A stretch of 58,977 nucleotides of DNA, counting the filler. It is 6 parts of 6 records of this genome, joined end to end, with 100 filler letters (N's around TTAATTAATTAA, not from the genome) between each part and the next. Parts side by side here need not be neighbours in the genome. Positions count along the whole stretch, not along the records: positions 38,762 to 52,267 come from SRR31156797_30873; positions 52,368 to 58,977 come from SRR31156797_30894; 4 more parts are not named here. One strand, given 5' to 3'. The position numbers and the translations under genes are program-made. Positions 49,359 to 58,977 of the stretch are shown here, in pieces. Numbering within the stretch: position 1 is the stretch's first letter; each line of letters starts with the position of its first letter. The notes beneath the pieces are model-generated. The model did no database searches and was not told the DNA's origin. It was given only the letters and a program-made list of their open reading frames with translations.

Positions 49359-50569
49359 ATAAACTTGATCTGGCATTGAATAAATTGACCCAAGACCTTT
49401 ACTTTAGCGGAAGAGCTAAAGGTGCTGAACAGATCGTTACAAAAGTGATAAAAGCTGATGGTCAAAAAGGGCCAAGGTATGTGCTTGAAGGTTCTGCCTT
49501 GGAATATATTAAAATGAACAGCAATTCTTATCTTGGACTAAGTATGCATCCTGAGGTAGTAGAAGCTGAAGAGGAAGCCACGAAGAATTATGGAGTTGGA
49601 CCGGGTGCAGTGCGTTTTATTAGCGGTAGTTATGATGTGCATACAGGACTTGAGAAGAAACTGGCTGATTTTCACAGTAGAGAAGCTGCTATGATCTTTT
49701 CTTCGGCATATATGACAAGCCTGGGTGTTATTTCATCACTGACATCGTCTGAAACAGTCGTGGTTTCGGATGCTTTGAACCATAACTGTATTATTAATGC
49801 TATGCGAATGTCACGCCCTGCTGCTAAAATGATCTATGCCCATAATGATATGGAAGATCTAAAGTTGAAACTTGATGAAGCCAAAGGGAAGGGCAAGCGT
49901 TGTATTGTGATCACTGATGGGATTTTCTCCATGCGTGGTGATCATGCTCCATTACACGAGATTAAAGCTTTATGCGTAAAAGCTGACAATGATTTCGAAG
50001 AAGGGGTTTCCCTGATAGTTGATGATTCTCATGGAGTCGGTGCATGTGGTAAAACAGGGAGAGGAACTGAGGAACTGACATCAGCCAAAGCTGATGTATT
50101 AATAGGAACTCTTGGAAAAGCCTTTGGTGTGAATGGGGGATATGTAAGTGGATCGGAACAACTTATTACATTTTTGAGAGAATCAGCACCAACTTATATA
50201 TATTCTAATCCCATCACTGTTTCAGAGGCTGCTGCTGCGACTGCAAGTATTGACATTTGTGATTCAGAAACCGGGAAAGAACGTCTTGCGCATCTAAAGA
50301 ATATGACAAACAAATTCAGGAACGGTTTAACTGATCTTGGACTTGAAACCATTGCCGGCGAGCATCCCGTTGTACCCTTGATGGTCCGTGATACTCAAAA
50401 AACGGCTGATATCGTAAAACATTTGCTTGATAATGGCATCCTTGCCACCGGTTTGAACTTTCCGGTCGTTCCCAAAGGGGAAGAAGAGATCCGCTTTCAG
50501 ATCAATGCTGATCATACCCCGGCAGATATAGATCAGGCATTGGAAGTATTAAAACAATTTTCGGAGTAA
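49355..50569 (+). CDS. kbl: 2-amino-3-ketobutyrate CoA ligase (glycine C-acetyltransferase)
   Basis: NSNSYLGL, GAVRFISG, DGIFSMRGD, VDDSHG, GTLGKAFG (PLP Lys); paired with tdh. Confidence 0.85.
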   Translation: MNKLDLALNKLTQDLYFSGRAKGAEQIVTKVIKADGQKGPRYVLEGSALEYIKMNSNSYLGLSMHPEVVEAEEEATKNYGVGPGAVRFISGSYDVHTGLEKKLADFHSREAAMIFSSAYMTSLGVISSLTSSETVVVSDALNHNCIINAMRMSRPAAKMIYAHNDMEDLKLKLDEAKGKGKRCIVITDGIFSMRGDHAPLHEIKALCVKADNDFEEGVSLIVDDSHGVGACGKTGRGTEELTSAKADVLIGTLGKAFGVNGGYVSGSEQLITFLRESAPTYIYSNPITVSEAAAATASIDICDSETGKERLAHLKNMTNKFRNGLTDLGLETIAGEHPVVPLMVRDTQKTADIVKHLLDNGILATGLNFPVVPKGEEEIRFQINADHTPADIDQALEVLKQFSE

Positions 50570-50575
50570 TGATCA

Positions 50576-51838
50576 ATGATCCAAATTATCGATAAGTATA
50601 TTAAAGACCGCTATCATGATGTATATCAGGATGTGCGGGAAGAAGCGAAAGAAGCACTTCAAACACTACAAGCCAGGAACGGAAAAGGGAATGATTTTTT
50701 GGGTTGGCTTGACCTTCCTGAACGCGATCCTGAACATCTTGCTGATATAAAAGCGGTTGCAGATGAAATTAAGGCTTCTGGCGACCTTTTGGTCTGCGTG
50801 GGCATCGGTGGGTCGTATCTAGGTTCAAAGGCCTTTATACACGCTCTGAATGGCGAAAAACACAATATTCGTTTCGTAGGACATCACTTGTCGCCCCTGG
50901 AACTGAGCGATTTACTAAAAGAGCTTAATGAACGGGACTTTTATATCAATGTTATCTCAAAATCCGGCACAACAACTGAGCCCGGCATTGCTTTCCGTAT
51001 TATCAGAGATATTGCTGAGAAAAAGTATGGTAAAGATGCAAGCAAGCGGATCATAGCCACCACTGATGCTAAAAAAGGTGCATTGCGTGAGTTAGCCACA
51101 CAAAAAGGTTATCGCACTTTTGTTATTCCCGGCAATGTCGGTGGACGTTTTTCCTTATTATCACCGGTTGGACTGCTTCCGATCTTAGCGGCGGGTGCTG
51201 ACCTTGACCAGATCATCAGAGGTGCTGCTTCAGGTTTTAAGGTGGCATTTTCAGACGATGAATTGAATCCGGTATTAAACTATGTTACAAGCAGGAATAT
51301 CTGCTATCGCGATGGTAAGGGAATAGAGATACTGGCTTCTATGGAGCCGCGACTGCATTATCTCTCAGAATGGTGGAAACAGCTTTATGGTGAAAGCGAA
51401 GGTAAACAAGGCAAGGGTATTTTTCCTGCTTCCGTTAATTTTACCACAGACCTTCACAGTATGGGGCAGTGGATACAGGATGGTGTCAGGAATATCTTTG
51501 AAACCTTCATGGTTGTGGATCATTATCATCAAGATGTGGAAATCCCTTCCGATGACTCGGATCTTGATAAATTGAACTATCTTGCAGGTAAAAAACTCAG
51601 TGAAGTTAACTATAAAGCCTACAAGGGCACTAAATATGCGCACGAAGAGGGTGGAGTACCTACGATGGTCATTCACATTGATTATCTTGATGAAGAACAT
51701 CTTGCAAAACTATGTGTGATCTTTGAAGTTGGTGTGGCCGTTTCGGGCTATATGCTGGGTGTAAATCCTTTTGACCAACCGGGTGTTGAAGCGTATAAAA
51801 GTAAAATGTTCGAATTGCTTGGAAAACCAAAATCATAG
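50576..51838 (+). CDS. pgi: Glucose-6-phosphate isomerase
   Basis: GIGGSYLG, ISKSGTTTE, GGRFS, QLYGESEGK, DLHSMGQ, PFDQPGVEAYK. Confidence 0.96.
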   Translation: MIQIIDKYIKDRYHDVYQDVREEAKEALQTLQARNGKGNDFLGWLDLPERDPEHLADIKAVADEIKASGDLLVCVGIGGSYLGSKAFIHALNGEKHNIRFVGHHLSPLELSDLLKELNERDFYINVISKSGTTTEPGIAFRIIRDIAEKKYGKDASKRIIATTDAKKGALRELATQKGYRTFVIPGNVGGRFSLLSPVGLLPILAAGADLDQIIRGAASGFKVAFSDDELNPVLNYVTSRNICYRDGKGIEILASMEPRLHYLSEWWKQLYGESEGKQGKGIFPASVNFTTDLHSMGQWIQDGVRNIFETFMVVDHYHQDVEIPSDDSDLDKLNYLAGKKLSEVNYKAYKGTKYAHEEGGVPTMVIHIDYLDEEHLAKLCVIFEVGVAVSGYMLGVNPFDQPGVEAYKSKMFELLGKPKS

Positions 51839-51848
51839 GGAATAATTT

Positions 51849-52118
51849 ATGAGCCATTGGGAAATTATCATGTTGATCTGTTTTGGGGCGGCTTGGCCTT
51901 TTTCGATCTACAGATCTGCCAGATCGCATTCCACAAAAGGTAAAAGTTTACTTTTTATGATCATCGTGCTCTGTGGTTATGTGGCGGGTATGCTGCATAA
52001 AATGTTTTTTCACTATGACTTGGTGATCTACCTCTATGCATTGAACTTTCTAATGGTTTTTATAGATGTTTTGCTGTATCTGAGGAATCGCAAGGAAGAA
52101 AAAAGACTCGAAGAATAA
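51849..52118 (+). CDS. Small 3-TM membrane protein (PQ-loop/SemiSWEET-like)
   Basis: EIIMLICFGAAWPFSI..S..TKGKSLLF; three hydrophobic segments. Confidence 0.75.
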   Translation: MSHWEIIMLICFGAAWPFSIYRSARSHSTKGKSLLFMIIVLCGYVAGMLHKMFFHYDLVIYLYALNFLMVFIDVLLYLRNRKEEKRLEE

Positions 52119-52223
52119 TTGCCCTAAATATATATTAAAAATAAACTTAGAAAGAATTCTAATAAATTAGTTTTTATATTCTTAATTAATGTTTACATTA
52201 TAACAGATAACAAAGGTAATCAT

Positions 52224-52267
52224 ATGAGCGTAGCAGATCATAATATTGAAGAACTTGAAGCACAGCT
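52224..52267 (+). CDS. Start of an unidentified gene, truncated
   Basis: AAAGG then ATG: MSVADHNIEELEAQ to contig end. Confidence 0.4.
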
Positions 52268-52367
52268 NNNNNNNNNNNNNNNNNNNNNNNNNNNNNNNNN
52301 NNNNNNNNNNNTTAATTAATTAANNNNNNNNNNNNNNNNNNNNNNNNNNNNNNNNNNNNNNNNNNNN
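52268..52367. other. Artificial contig spacer
   Basis: N44-TTAATTAATTAA-N44. Confidence 0.98.
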
Positions 52368-52553
52368 TTCGATAAAAAATCACAAACACTTGAAGAATTC
52401 ACTAAAAAGTATGTAAGTAAAACAGATGTTAAACATATTTTATACTTCTCTACAATTGATTATTTACATAAGTATAATTTCAATTTATCTGCTTTAAATA
52501 GTAAATATAAAAAAACATACAGATCATTAATGAAAAATAACAGAATAGAATGA
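52368..52553 (+). CDS. 3' end of an unidentified AT-rich gene
   Basis: Open frame FDKKSQTLEEF...MKNNRIE* from contig start. Confidence 0.45.
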   Translation, partial: FDKKSQTLEEFTKKYVSKTDVKHILYFSTIDYLHKYNFNLSALNSKYKKTYRSLMKNNRIE

Positions 52554-52759
52554 TGATGAAATTACTGTAATTTTATTAGTATTGTAAAAAATAATTTTTT
52601 ATAGTAATAATTTACTCGAATTGGCCTTTTGTGATGTATATGAAGATAATATAAACTTAATAAATCAGCTATATCAGTAAGTATTACTATTTTATTGTAA
52701 TGGCGAATCATTTTAATAAGATATCATAGAATTAAAAAAATCAATATTAAAGGAAATAA

Positions 52760-53989
52760 ATGTTGAAATCAATTTGCTTAATATCTTATAAATTTCCACC
52801 AATGCCGGGAGTAGGTGCAAAAAGGTGGGCTAAATTTTCTAAGCACTTAGCTGATAGAGGTTATTGTATTCATGTAATTACCTCAAATTATTCAAACAAA
52901 GAATCTATTAGTTGGTTGAAAGATATTAATCATAAGAATATTATTCTTCACAATTTGGATTCTAAATTACCAGATTTCGTCCTATATGGTAAAAAGAGTA
53001 AATATTATAATTTTGTTAGAAGGATTTGGAGATTTTATCATTACAGAATTAAGAAAAGACTTGATGATGCCGATTCATGGTCTCAATCAATTGTGTCTTA
53101 TGTTGAAAATCTCATTGAGAAGGAATCAATTAAAACTCTTTTCGTTACGGGCGCACCTTTTTCCCAATTTGTTAGTGCTGCGATAATTAAAACAGATTTT
53201 CCAAATTTGAAATTAGTTGTTGATTATCGCGATGCCTGGAATTTTTTATCTTCTTATCAATACAAGAATGGTTTTTTTAAAACATTGAGTGATAAAAGAA
53301 AATCAATTAATAATGAAGAATTTGTATTGAGGAGTTCCAATAAGATTACATTCGTTACGAGAGGGTTGATGGAACTCTATATGCTTCAATATCCTACGTA
53401 TATGTCGAAAATGGAGTTCTTATACAGTGGATTTGAAAGCCAGGACGATTCAAATACCGATATTCAGATGGCTGGTACTGAAGGAAAAATTTTATTCCCA
53501 GGTAATTTGGGCTTTTCTCGGTTACATAATCTTGAGGAAGTAGCAAGAGCTATTGATAAACTGAATGATAAATATAGTCTGAAGCACTATAACATATATG
53601 TATATACAGATTTTATTGTACCCTTTGAGAATAAGTACAACTGTTTAAAGGTCCAAAAAAGGATTGGAGTTGATGAGATACAGTTAAGAATGAGGGAAGC
53701 TGACTTCTGCCTTTCTATCAATGCTGATGAGTTTGATTATGCAGTGAGTGCTAAGGTCTTTGACTTCATGGCTAATAAAAAGAGAATAATTCACATTTCA
53801 AGGGGTGGTGAATTATCAGAATTTCTATTTTCAAAAAATCAGGTAGTTATAGACAGTACAGATAGTAATGAATATCTATTTGGTCTTGAACGTATATATA
53901 CTGAAAATATAGAAATAGCTGATTACACTGAAATGGAAATAAGGAATTCTATAGACCAACTTGAGAAAGTTATTAACGGAAAACTATAA
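52760..53989 (+). CDS. Glycosyltransferase (GT-B, GT4-like)
   Basis: ISYKFPPMPGVGAKRWAKFSKHL, TGAPFS, DYRDAW, AKVFDFM. Confidence 0.8.
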   Translation: MLKSICLISYKFPPMPGVGAKRWAKFSKHLADRGYCIHVITSNYSNKESISWLKDINHKNIILHNLDSKLPDFVLYGKKSKYYNFVRRIWRFYHYRIKKRLDDADSWSQSIVSYVENLIEKESIKTLFVTGAPFSQFVSAAIIKTDFPNLKLVVDYRDAWNFLSSYQYKNGFFKTLSDKRKSINNEEFVLRSSNKITFVTRGLMELYMLQYPTYMSKMEFLYSGFESQDDSNTDIQMAGTEGKILFPGNLGFSRLHNLEEVARAIDKLNDKYSLKHYNIYVYTDFIVPFENKYNCLKVQKRIGVDEIQLRMREADFCLSINADEFDYAVSAKVFDFMANKKRIIHISRGGELSEFLFSKNQVVIDSTDSNEYLFGLERIYTENIEIADYTEMEIRNSIDQLEKVINGKL

Positions 53990-54009
53990 TTTGTTGATTT
54001 ATATGGAGT

Positions 54010-55209
54010 ATGTATATGAATAAAATATGCGTCATGGGACTTGGATATATAGGTTTGCCTTCGGCCGCACTTTTAGCCAGTCGTGGTTATGAAATCATTG
54101 GAGTCGATGTAAATGAAAACGTTGTGAATATCATTAATAAAGGTAATATTCACATAGTGGAACCGGATCTGGACGAATTTGTCTCTGCTGCTGTCGCTTC
54201 CGGAAAATTGAAAGCTTCAATGACACCCGAGGAAGCCGATGTCTTCATAATAGCTGTTCCAACACCATTCAAAGGGGAATACACACCCGATATAGCTTAT
54301 GTTGAAAATGCTTCAAAAATGATTGCTCCTTTTGTCAAAGCAAGGGATATTATAATTCTTGAATCTACATCTCCTGTAGGAACAACAGAACGGGTAAAAG
54401 AAGTACTACAGAATTCTGGTGTAGATACAGAAGGTATATATATTGCTCATTGTCCGGAAAGGGTCTTGCCAGGTCGGATTATGATTGAGCTCGTATCTAA
54501 TGATAGAATCGTAGGTGGAGTGAATCCAGAGTCTACGGAAGTAGTCGCTAAGTTTTATGAATCTTTTGTAAATGGAAGTGTTCTACGTACTGATGCTAAA
54601 ACTGCTGAATTTGTAAAGCTTGTTGAAAACTCCTCAAGAGATGTTCAGATCGCTTTTGCCAATGAGCTTTCTATCTTAAGTGAAAAACTTGGTGTTAACG
54701 TCTGGGAAGTCATTGCATTGGCAAACAAACACCCAAGAGTCAATATATTGCAACCTGGTACTGGCGTCGGAGGTCATTGTATTGCAGTAGATCCTTGGTT
54801 CATTGTTCATTCCGGTGGAGAAGATGCTAAACTCATCAAAACTGCCCGGAATAGGAATTTGGAAAAGACTGAATGGGTGATAGACTGCATTAAATCTAAG
54901 AATTCGCGTCTCCGGCAAAAATTGGGGAGGCTCCCTAAGATCGCCTGTATGGGGTTGGCATTCAAGCCAAATATCGATGATTTGAGAGAATCGCCTGCAT
55001 TATATGTTTTTAACAAACTTAAAGATGAAGGGCTTAATGTGTTGGCTGTAGAGCCACATGTACAACCATCTGATGATAGACAAATTTACAACCTTGAAGG
55101 TATCGACGACACTATAGATCTTTATGTATTTCTTGTTGCGCATGATGTTTTCTCTGCATTTGATGTCAAGAGTACTGATATTTTGGATTATTGTGGGGCT
55201 TTTAAATGA
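54010..55209 (+). CDS. wecC: UDP-N-acetyl-D-mannosamine dehydrogenase
   Basis: GLGYIGLP, ESTSPVGTTE, HCPERVLPG, GVGGHCIAVDPWF, AFKPNIDDLRESP. Confidence 0.93.
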   Translation: MYMNKICVMGLGYIGLPSAALLASRGYEIIGVDVNENVVNIINKGNIHIVEPDLDEFVSAAVASGKLKASMTPEEADVFIIAVPTPFKGEYTPDIAYVENASKMIAPFVKARDIIILESTSPVGTTERVKEVLQNSGVDTEGIYIAHCPERVLPGRIMIELVSNDRIVGGVNPESTEVVAKFYESFVNGSVLRTDAKTAEFVKLVENSSRDVQIAFANELSILSEKLGVNVWEVIALANKHPRVNILQPGTGVGGHCIAVDPWFIVHSGGEDAKLIKTARNRNLEKTEWVIDCIKSKNSRLRQKLGRLPKIACMGLAFKPNIDDLRESPALYVFNKLKDEGLNVLAVEPHVQPSDDRQIYNLEGIDDTIDLYVFLVAHDVFSAFDVKSTDILDYCGAFK

Positions 55210-56363
55210 AAAAAGTATTAGTTGTTTTTGGAACACGTCCAGAGGCTATAAAGATGGCCCCTCTGATAAAAAATCTCTCAAAATATAAAGATCACTATAT
55301 TTCTGAAGTTTGTGTCACTGCACAACATCGGGAAATGTTGGATCAGGTTTTAGAGATCTTTGAAATAACTCCAGATTACGATATGAATATCATGAAGGCT
55401 GGGCAGGATCTTTATGATGTTAGCAGCAATGTTCTGCTGGGTATGAGGGGGGTCCTGAGGAAGGCAAAGCCTGATATTGTTCTCGTTCATGGCGATACAA
55501 CAACCAGTTTTATCGCGGCTTTGGCATGTTTTTATGAGAAAATAAAGATTGGTCATGTTGAGGCGGGACTTCGAACCTTCGATTTGAAATCCCCTTGGCC
55601 GGAAGAGGGTAACCGACAGCTGACTGGACGGTTAGCTGACTTTCATTTTGCTCCTACAAGGACGGCAGAAAAGCATCTCCTGGCAGAAAAAAATGATGAG
55701 AGCTGTATTTATGTTACCGGCAATACAGTAATTGATGCTCTGCTATGGGTATTGAAAAGATTTGAAAATGATCAAGACCAGATTAAGATCAAAGATGAAA
55801 TAAGAGCCTTTGGATTTAATCTCTCGGATAGAAAGCTTATACTGGTTACTGGACACCGAAGAGAGAACTTTGGTGAGGGCTTTAAAAACATTTGTTTGGC
55901 AATAAAAGATATCTCTGAACGATATCCCGATATGGATATTGTTTATCCAGTGCATTTGAATCCAAATGTGAGGTCTGTAGTTTTTAACCTGCTTGACGGG
56001 CTGGATAATGTATATCTGATTGAACCTTTGGACTACAGGCTGTTTACTGCCTTGATGAATCGATCATATTTGATCCTTACAGATAGTGGCGGAATACAGG
56101 AGGAGGCGCCTGCGCTCGGGAAGCCTGTTCTTGTTATGAGGAATACAACGGAACGTCCTGAAGCTGTTGAAGCGGGAACAGTCAAACTTGTAGGAACCTC
56201 AAGAGAAGAAATCTTTAATGAGTTTATGAAACTTGCTGATAATTATCATGAGTATGAAAAAATGTCTAATGCCGTTAATCCTTATGGTGATGGTTTGGCT
56301 TCTCAGAGGATTTCTGAAATTCTTTTAGATTACTTTAGACAATACAACAAGGACGCAAAATGA
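55206..56363 (+). CDS. wecB: UDP-N-acetylglucosamine 2-epimerase (non-hydrolysing)
   Basis: FGTRPEAIKMAP, HGDTTT, HVEAGLR, HRRENFG, DSGGIQEEAP. Confidence 0.96.
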   Translation: MKKVLVVFGTRPEAIKMAPLIKNLSKYKDHYISEVCVTAQHREMLDQVLEIFEITPDYDMNIMKAGQDLYDVSSNVLLGMRGVLRKAKPDIVLVHGDTTTSFIAALACFYEKIKIGHVEAGLRTFDLKSPWPEEGNRQLTGRLADFHFAPTRTAEKHLLAEKNDESCIYVTGNTVIDALLWVLKRFENDQDQIKIKDEIRAFGFNLSDRKLILVTGHRRENFGEGFKNICLAIKDISERYPDMDIVYPVHLNPNVRSVVFNLLDGLDNVYLIEPLDYRLFTALMNRSYLILTDSGGIQEEAPALGKPVLVMRNTTERPEAVEAGTVKLVGTSREEIFNEFMKLADNYHEYEKMSNAVNPYGDGLASQRISEILLDYFRQYNKDAK

Positions 56364-57589
56364 AAATAGGAATGATTTTGCTCGGAGAGTCTCACTTTCC
56401 ACCTGATATACGTGTAGATAAAGAAGTTAGGTCTTTGGTATCCGACGGGCATGAAATCAGTCTATTAACTGAATACTCTGAAGAGAAAGATTATTGCGAT
56501 TCATCATATATTGATGGATTAAAGATCATCAGAATCCCCATAAGTAAAAGATCTTCCCTTAAAAAATTACTGTCATTACAGTATTTCCATCTGATTGATA
56601 GGCGTTATTTCCATTCCATAAGAGAATTTATAGATAAGGAAAACCCTGAGATACTTCATGTTCATGACTTTCATATGCTCCCGACTGTTTTTAAGTGTAT
56701 CGAGCATTATAAAATCCAGATTAAGATTATTGCAGATCTTCATGAAAACTATCCTGCTGCACTGAAAGCATATATTTCCGATTTACCAACACTGAAGAAA
56801 GTGATTTCTTCTCTATTATTGAATTATCATATATGGAAATGGCATGAGAAGAAATATCTTAGCAGGTGTTATAAAATCATAGCGGTTGTCGAGGAAGCGG
56901 CAGAACGTCTGAAGGAATATGGCATTTCTGACGATAGGATAGAGCTTGTGAGCAATACCGAAAACTCGGAGACCTTTAGTGTTGACTATTCCAATGTCTC
57001 TGCTGATTTGGATGAAAAGTACAGTGATAGGTTCGTAGTCTCCTATATCGGCGGTATCGGTCCACATCGTGGATTACAGACTGTTTTGAAAGCAGTACGG
57101 CAGTGTGTTAACGAGAATCCTGATTTTATTCTTCTCATTGTTGGAGCCAAACCCGGCAATGTCGCCAGAATTGAGCAGATTAAAAATGATCTGGGGATAC
57201 AAGACCTTTCATCTCACATAGAGATTGTCGGCTGGGTGCCCTTTTCAAAGGTTAATGAATATGTTGCTGTCAGTGATGTTTGCATGGTTCCTCATGAAGA
57301 CTTCGAGCATACGCAAACGACAGTACCCCATAAGCTTTTCCAGTATATGATGGGCCGAAAAACTGTCCTTGTCAGCGATTGTGCTCCTTTAAAGAGGATC
57401 ATTGGAGATAATGAAGCCGGCTATGTTTTTAAAGCAGGGGATCCGGTTTCTTTTGCTGAAACAATAAGGAAAATAACCCATGAAAGCGGTGAGAAAATCA
57501 AGGATACGCAGGAGAGAGCGTATTCTCTTGCCACAGGTGAGTATTCATGGACAAGCGATGCCGCCAGACTCCTGGCAATTTATCAGTAG
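56360..57589 (+). CDS. Glycosyltransferase family 4 protein
   Basis: FPPDIRVDKE, DLHENYP, YIGGIGPHRGL, PHKLFQYM. Confidence 0.88.
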   Translation: MKIGMILLGESHFPPDIRVDKEVRSLVSDGHEISLLTEYSEEKDYCDSSYIDGLKIIRIPISKRSSLKKLLSLQYFHLIDRRYFHSIREFIDKENPEILHVHDFHMLPTVFKCIEHYKIQIKIIADLHENYPAALKAYISDLPTLKKVISSLLLNYHIWKWHEKKYLSRCYKIIAVVEEAAERLKEYGISDDRIELVSNTENSETFSVDYSNVSADLDEKYSDRFVVSYIGGIGPHRGLQTVLKAVRQCVNENPDFILLIVGAKPGNVARIEQIKNDLGIQDLSSHIEIVGWVPFSKVNEYVAVSDVCMVPHEDFEHTQTTVPHKLFQYMMGRKTVLVSDCAPLKRIIGDNEAGYVFKAGDPVSFAETIRKITHESGEKIKDTQERAYSLATGEYSWTSDAARLLAIYQ

Positions 57590-57611
57590 CAAAAGATAGT
57601 TTTAATTAATA

Positions 57612-58977
57612 ATGTCTAAAACAGCAAATCGATCCTTTATTTTGGCGTCATCAAAGATCATTGTCATCCTTCTCAATGCAGTATTGCTGATGATGCTGTC
57701 GAGGATCTTCACCACCCATGAATATGGTGTTTACAAAGATATCGTATTAAAAGAAACCATCATCAGCATTATCGGGGAGATGGGACTGGCTTCCGCCGCT
57801 ATCTATTTTCTCAGCGGAAAGAGTAAGGATGAGTATCTTTCAGGTATTCTGAATCTATCATTCATTCTTGTTGTTCTTTCAATACCCATCAGTTTTATCT
57901 TCTCTCCCATTAACGGCTTTGGCAGCGGATTGTTTGTCCTCTTGGTAATGCTGAAGCTGCTGACCATCACCTCATCCAATATGATGATAGCCGATGGAAA
58001 CAATCGTTTTCTGATGGCTTATATACTTGTGCCACCGGTATTGACGGTTTTGCTGGTGGCTATAATGAGTCTCGCCGGAGGAACCGTCCTTGTTCTCCTT
58101 GCAATCCTGCTTGGAAAGAGGATCTGTGAAACGATCATCAGTCTCTTCTTCTGGTTGAAAATCGGTAATCCATTTAAAAGAGCTCCAGGGCATATCATCA
58201 AAGAAATAATTCATTTCAGCATACCCTTGGCCATTTCCAGTGTTGTCGGGATATTAAATATGAATATTGATAAACTGATGGTCAAATCTTTCTTCTCTCT
58301 GGAAGAGTTCGCTGTATTTACCAACGGCTCCTATGAACTACCTGTTTTACAGGTTTTTTCCGGTTCTCTGTTCACAGTGATGATACCGAAACTGAAGAAA
58401 TTAAAAGAAGAGGATAGAATCTCCGATGTTGTAGTGAACTGGAGACAGCTTGGAGAGATAACGGCAACAATAATTATTCCTCTTACCGTTATGCTCATCA
58501 TATTCGCTGAAAGTTTTATTTTATTCATGTTTTCAGATAAGTATCTTGCATCGGTAGATATTTTCAGAATCTATCAGTTTAAGAACCTTTTCAGGATCTA
58601 TCTATACGGCAGCATTTTTGTCGCTTTTGCAGAGAATAGAAGATTGCTTATCAATAGTGTAATAAGTCTCGTATTAAATTGCGTATTAAATTTGTTGTTT
58701 ATTCATTATCTGGGACTTACCGGAGTTGCCTATGCCACTACAATCAGCCTGTTTGCTCTTGTTCTGCTTCAGTGCTTTCAAATCTCCCGTTTCCTCAACA
58801 TAAGAATATGTGATACCTATCCTGCTTTGAAATGGGTGGCTATGATAGCTGTTTCTATTCCTCTGACATATATCGGAATGAGATTAACTATTACAAGCAG
58901 TCTTTTCATTAAGGTCATTGCCATGATCTTTGTCACGGTTATTAACTTTCTTATTGTCTCATTCCTCTTTAATAAAA
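57612..58977 (+). CDS. wzx: Wzx-type oligosaccharide flippase, runs off window
   Basis: Manual translation MSKTANRSFILASSKII...LSRIFTTHEYGVY; later FSIPLAISSVVGILNMNIDKLMV...FAVFTNG; many TM segments; absent from ORF track (no stop in window). Confidence 0.85.
   Translation, partial: MSKTANRSFILASSKIIVILLNAVLLMMLSRIFTTHEYGVYKDIVLKETIISIIGEMGLASAAIYFLSGKSKDEYLSGILNLSFILVVLSIPISFIFSPINGFGSGLFVLLVMLKLLTITSSNMMIADGNNRFLMAYILVPPVLTVLLVAIMSLAGGTVLVLLAILLGKRICETIISLFFWLKIGNPFKRAPGHIIKEIIHFSIPLAISSVVGILNMNIDKLMVKSFFSLEEFAVFTNGSYELPVLQVFSGSLFTVMIPKLKKLKEEDRISDVVVNWRQLGEITATIIIPLTVMLIIFAESFILFMFSDKYLASVDIFRIYQFKNLFRIYLYGSIFVAFAENRRLLINSVISLVLNCVLNLLFIHYLGLTGVAYATTISLFALVLLQCFQISRFLNIRICDTYPALKWVAMIAVSIPLTYIGMRLTITSSLFIKVIAMIFVTVINFLIVSFLFNK

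Overview
The window is not one locus. It is six unrelated contigs joined by five artificial 100-bp spacers (N44-TTAATTAATTAA-N44). (1) 1-6002, Bacteroidota-like: a TolC/MFP/ABC export operon with an inserted four-helix-bundle gene flanked by 7-bp repeat arrays, a sigma-54 promoter with two enhancer sites, and a divergent NtrC-type two-component system. (2) 6103-13317, Desulfobacterota-like housekeeping run: tRNA-Gln, prs, rplY, pth, hppA, carD, rluD, rho. (3) 13418-31797, Desulfovibrio-like: a tRNA 3' end, then an 11-kb catabolic cluster (BCCT, IclR, Buk, Ptb, MFS, four-subunit 2-oxoacid:ferredoxin oxidoreductase, FAD/FeS 2-hydroxyacid dehydrogenase) whose members carry atypical substrate-pocket motifs. 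After it come a cobalamin riboswitch with metE and a PAS/GAF-GntR-membrane-protein module with four FadR-type operators. (4) 31898-38661, Bacteroidota-like: the infB 3' end and a glycogen locus with a GT3 synthase-GT35 phosphorylase fusion. (5) 38762-52267: Wzc, a methylmalonyl-CoA mutase/epimerase/Na+-pumping decarboxylase cassette, a PHP tyrosine phosphatase, tdh-kbl and pgi. (6) 52368-58977: a surface polysaccharide locus (GTs, wecC, wecB, wzx). The best candidates for undescribed biology are the hydroxyacid-to-acid ATP-yielding cluster, the repeat-flanked four-helix-bundle module, and a C-rich structured 3' UTR. Taxonomic labels are inferred from gene style only.
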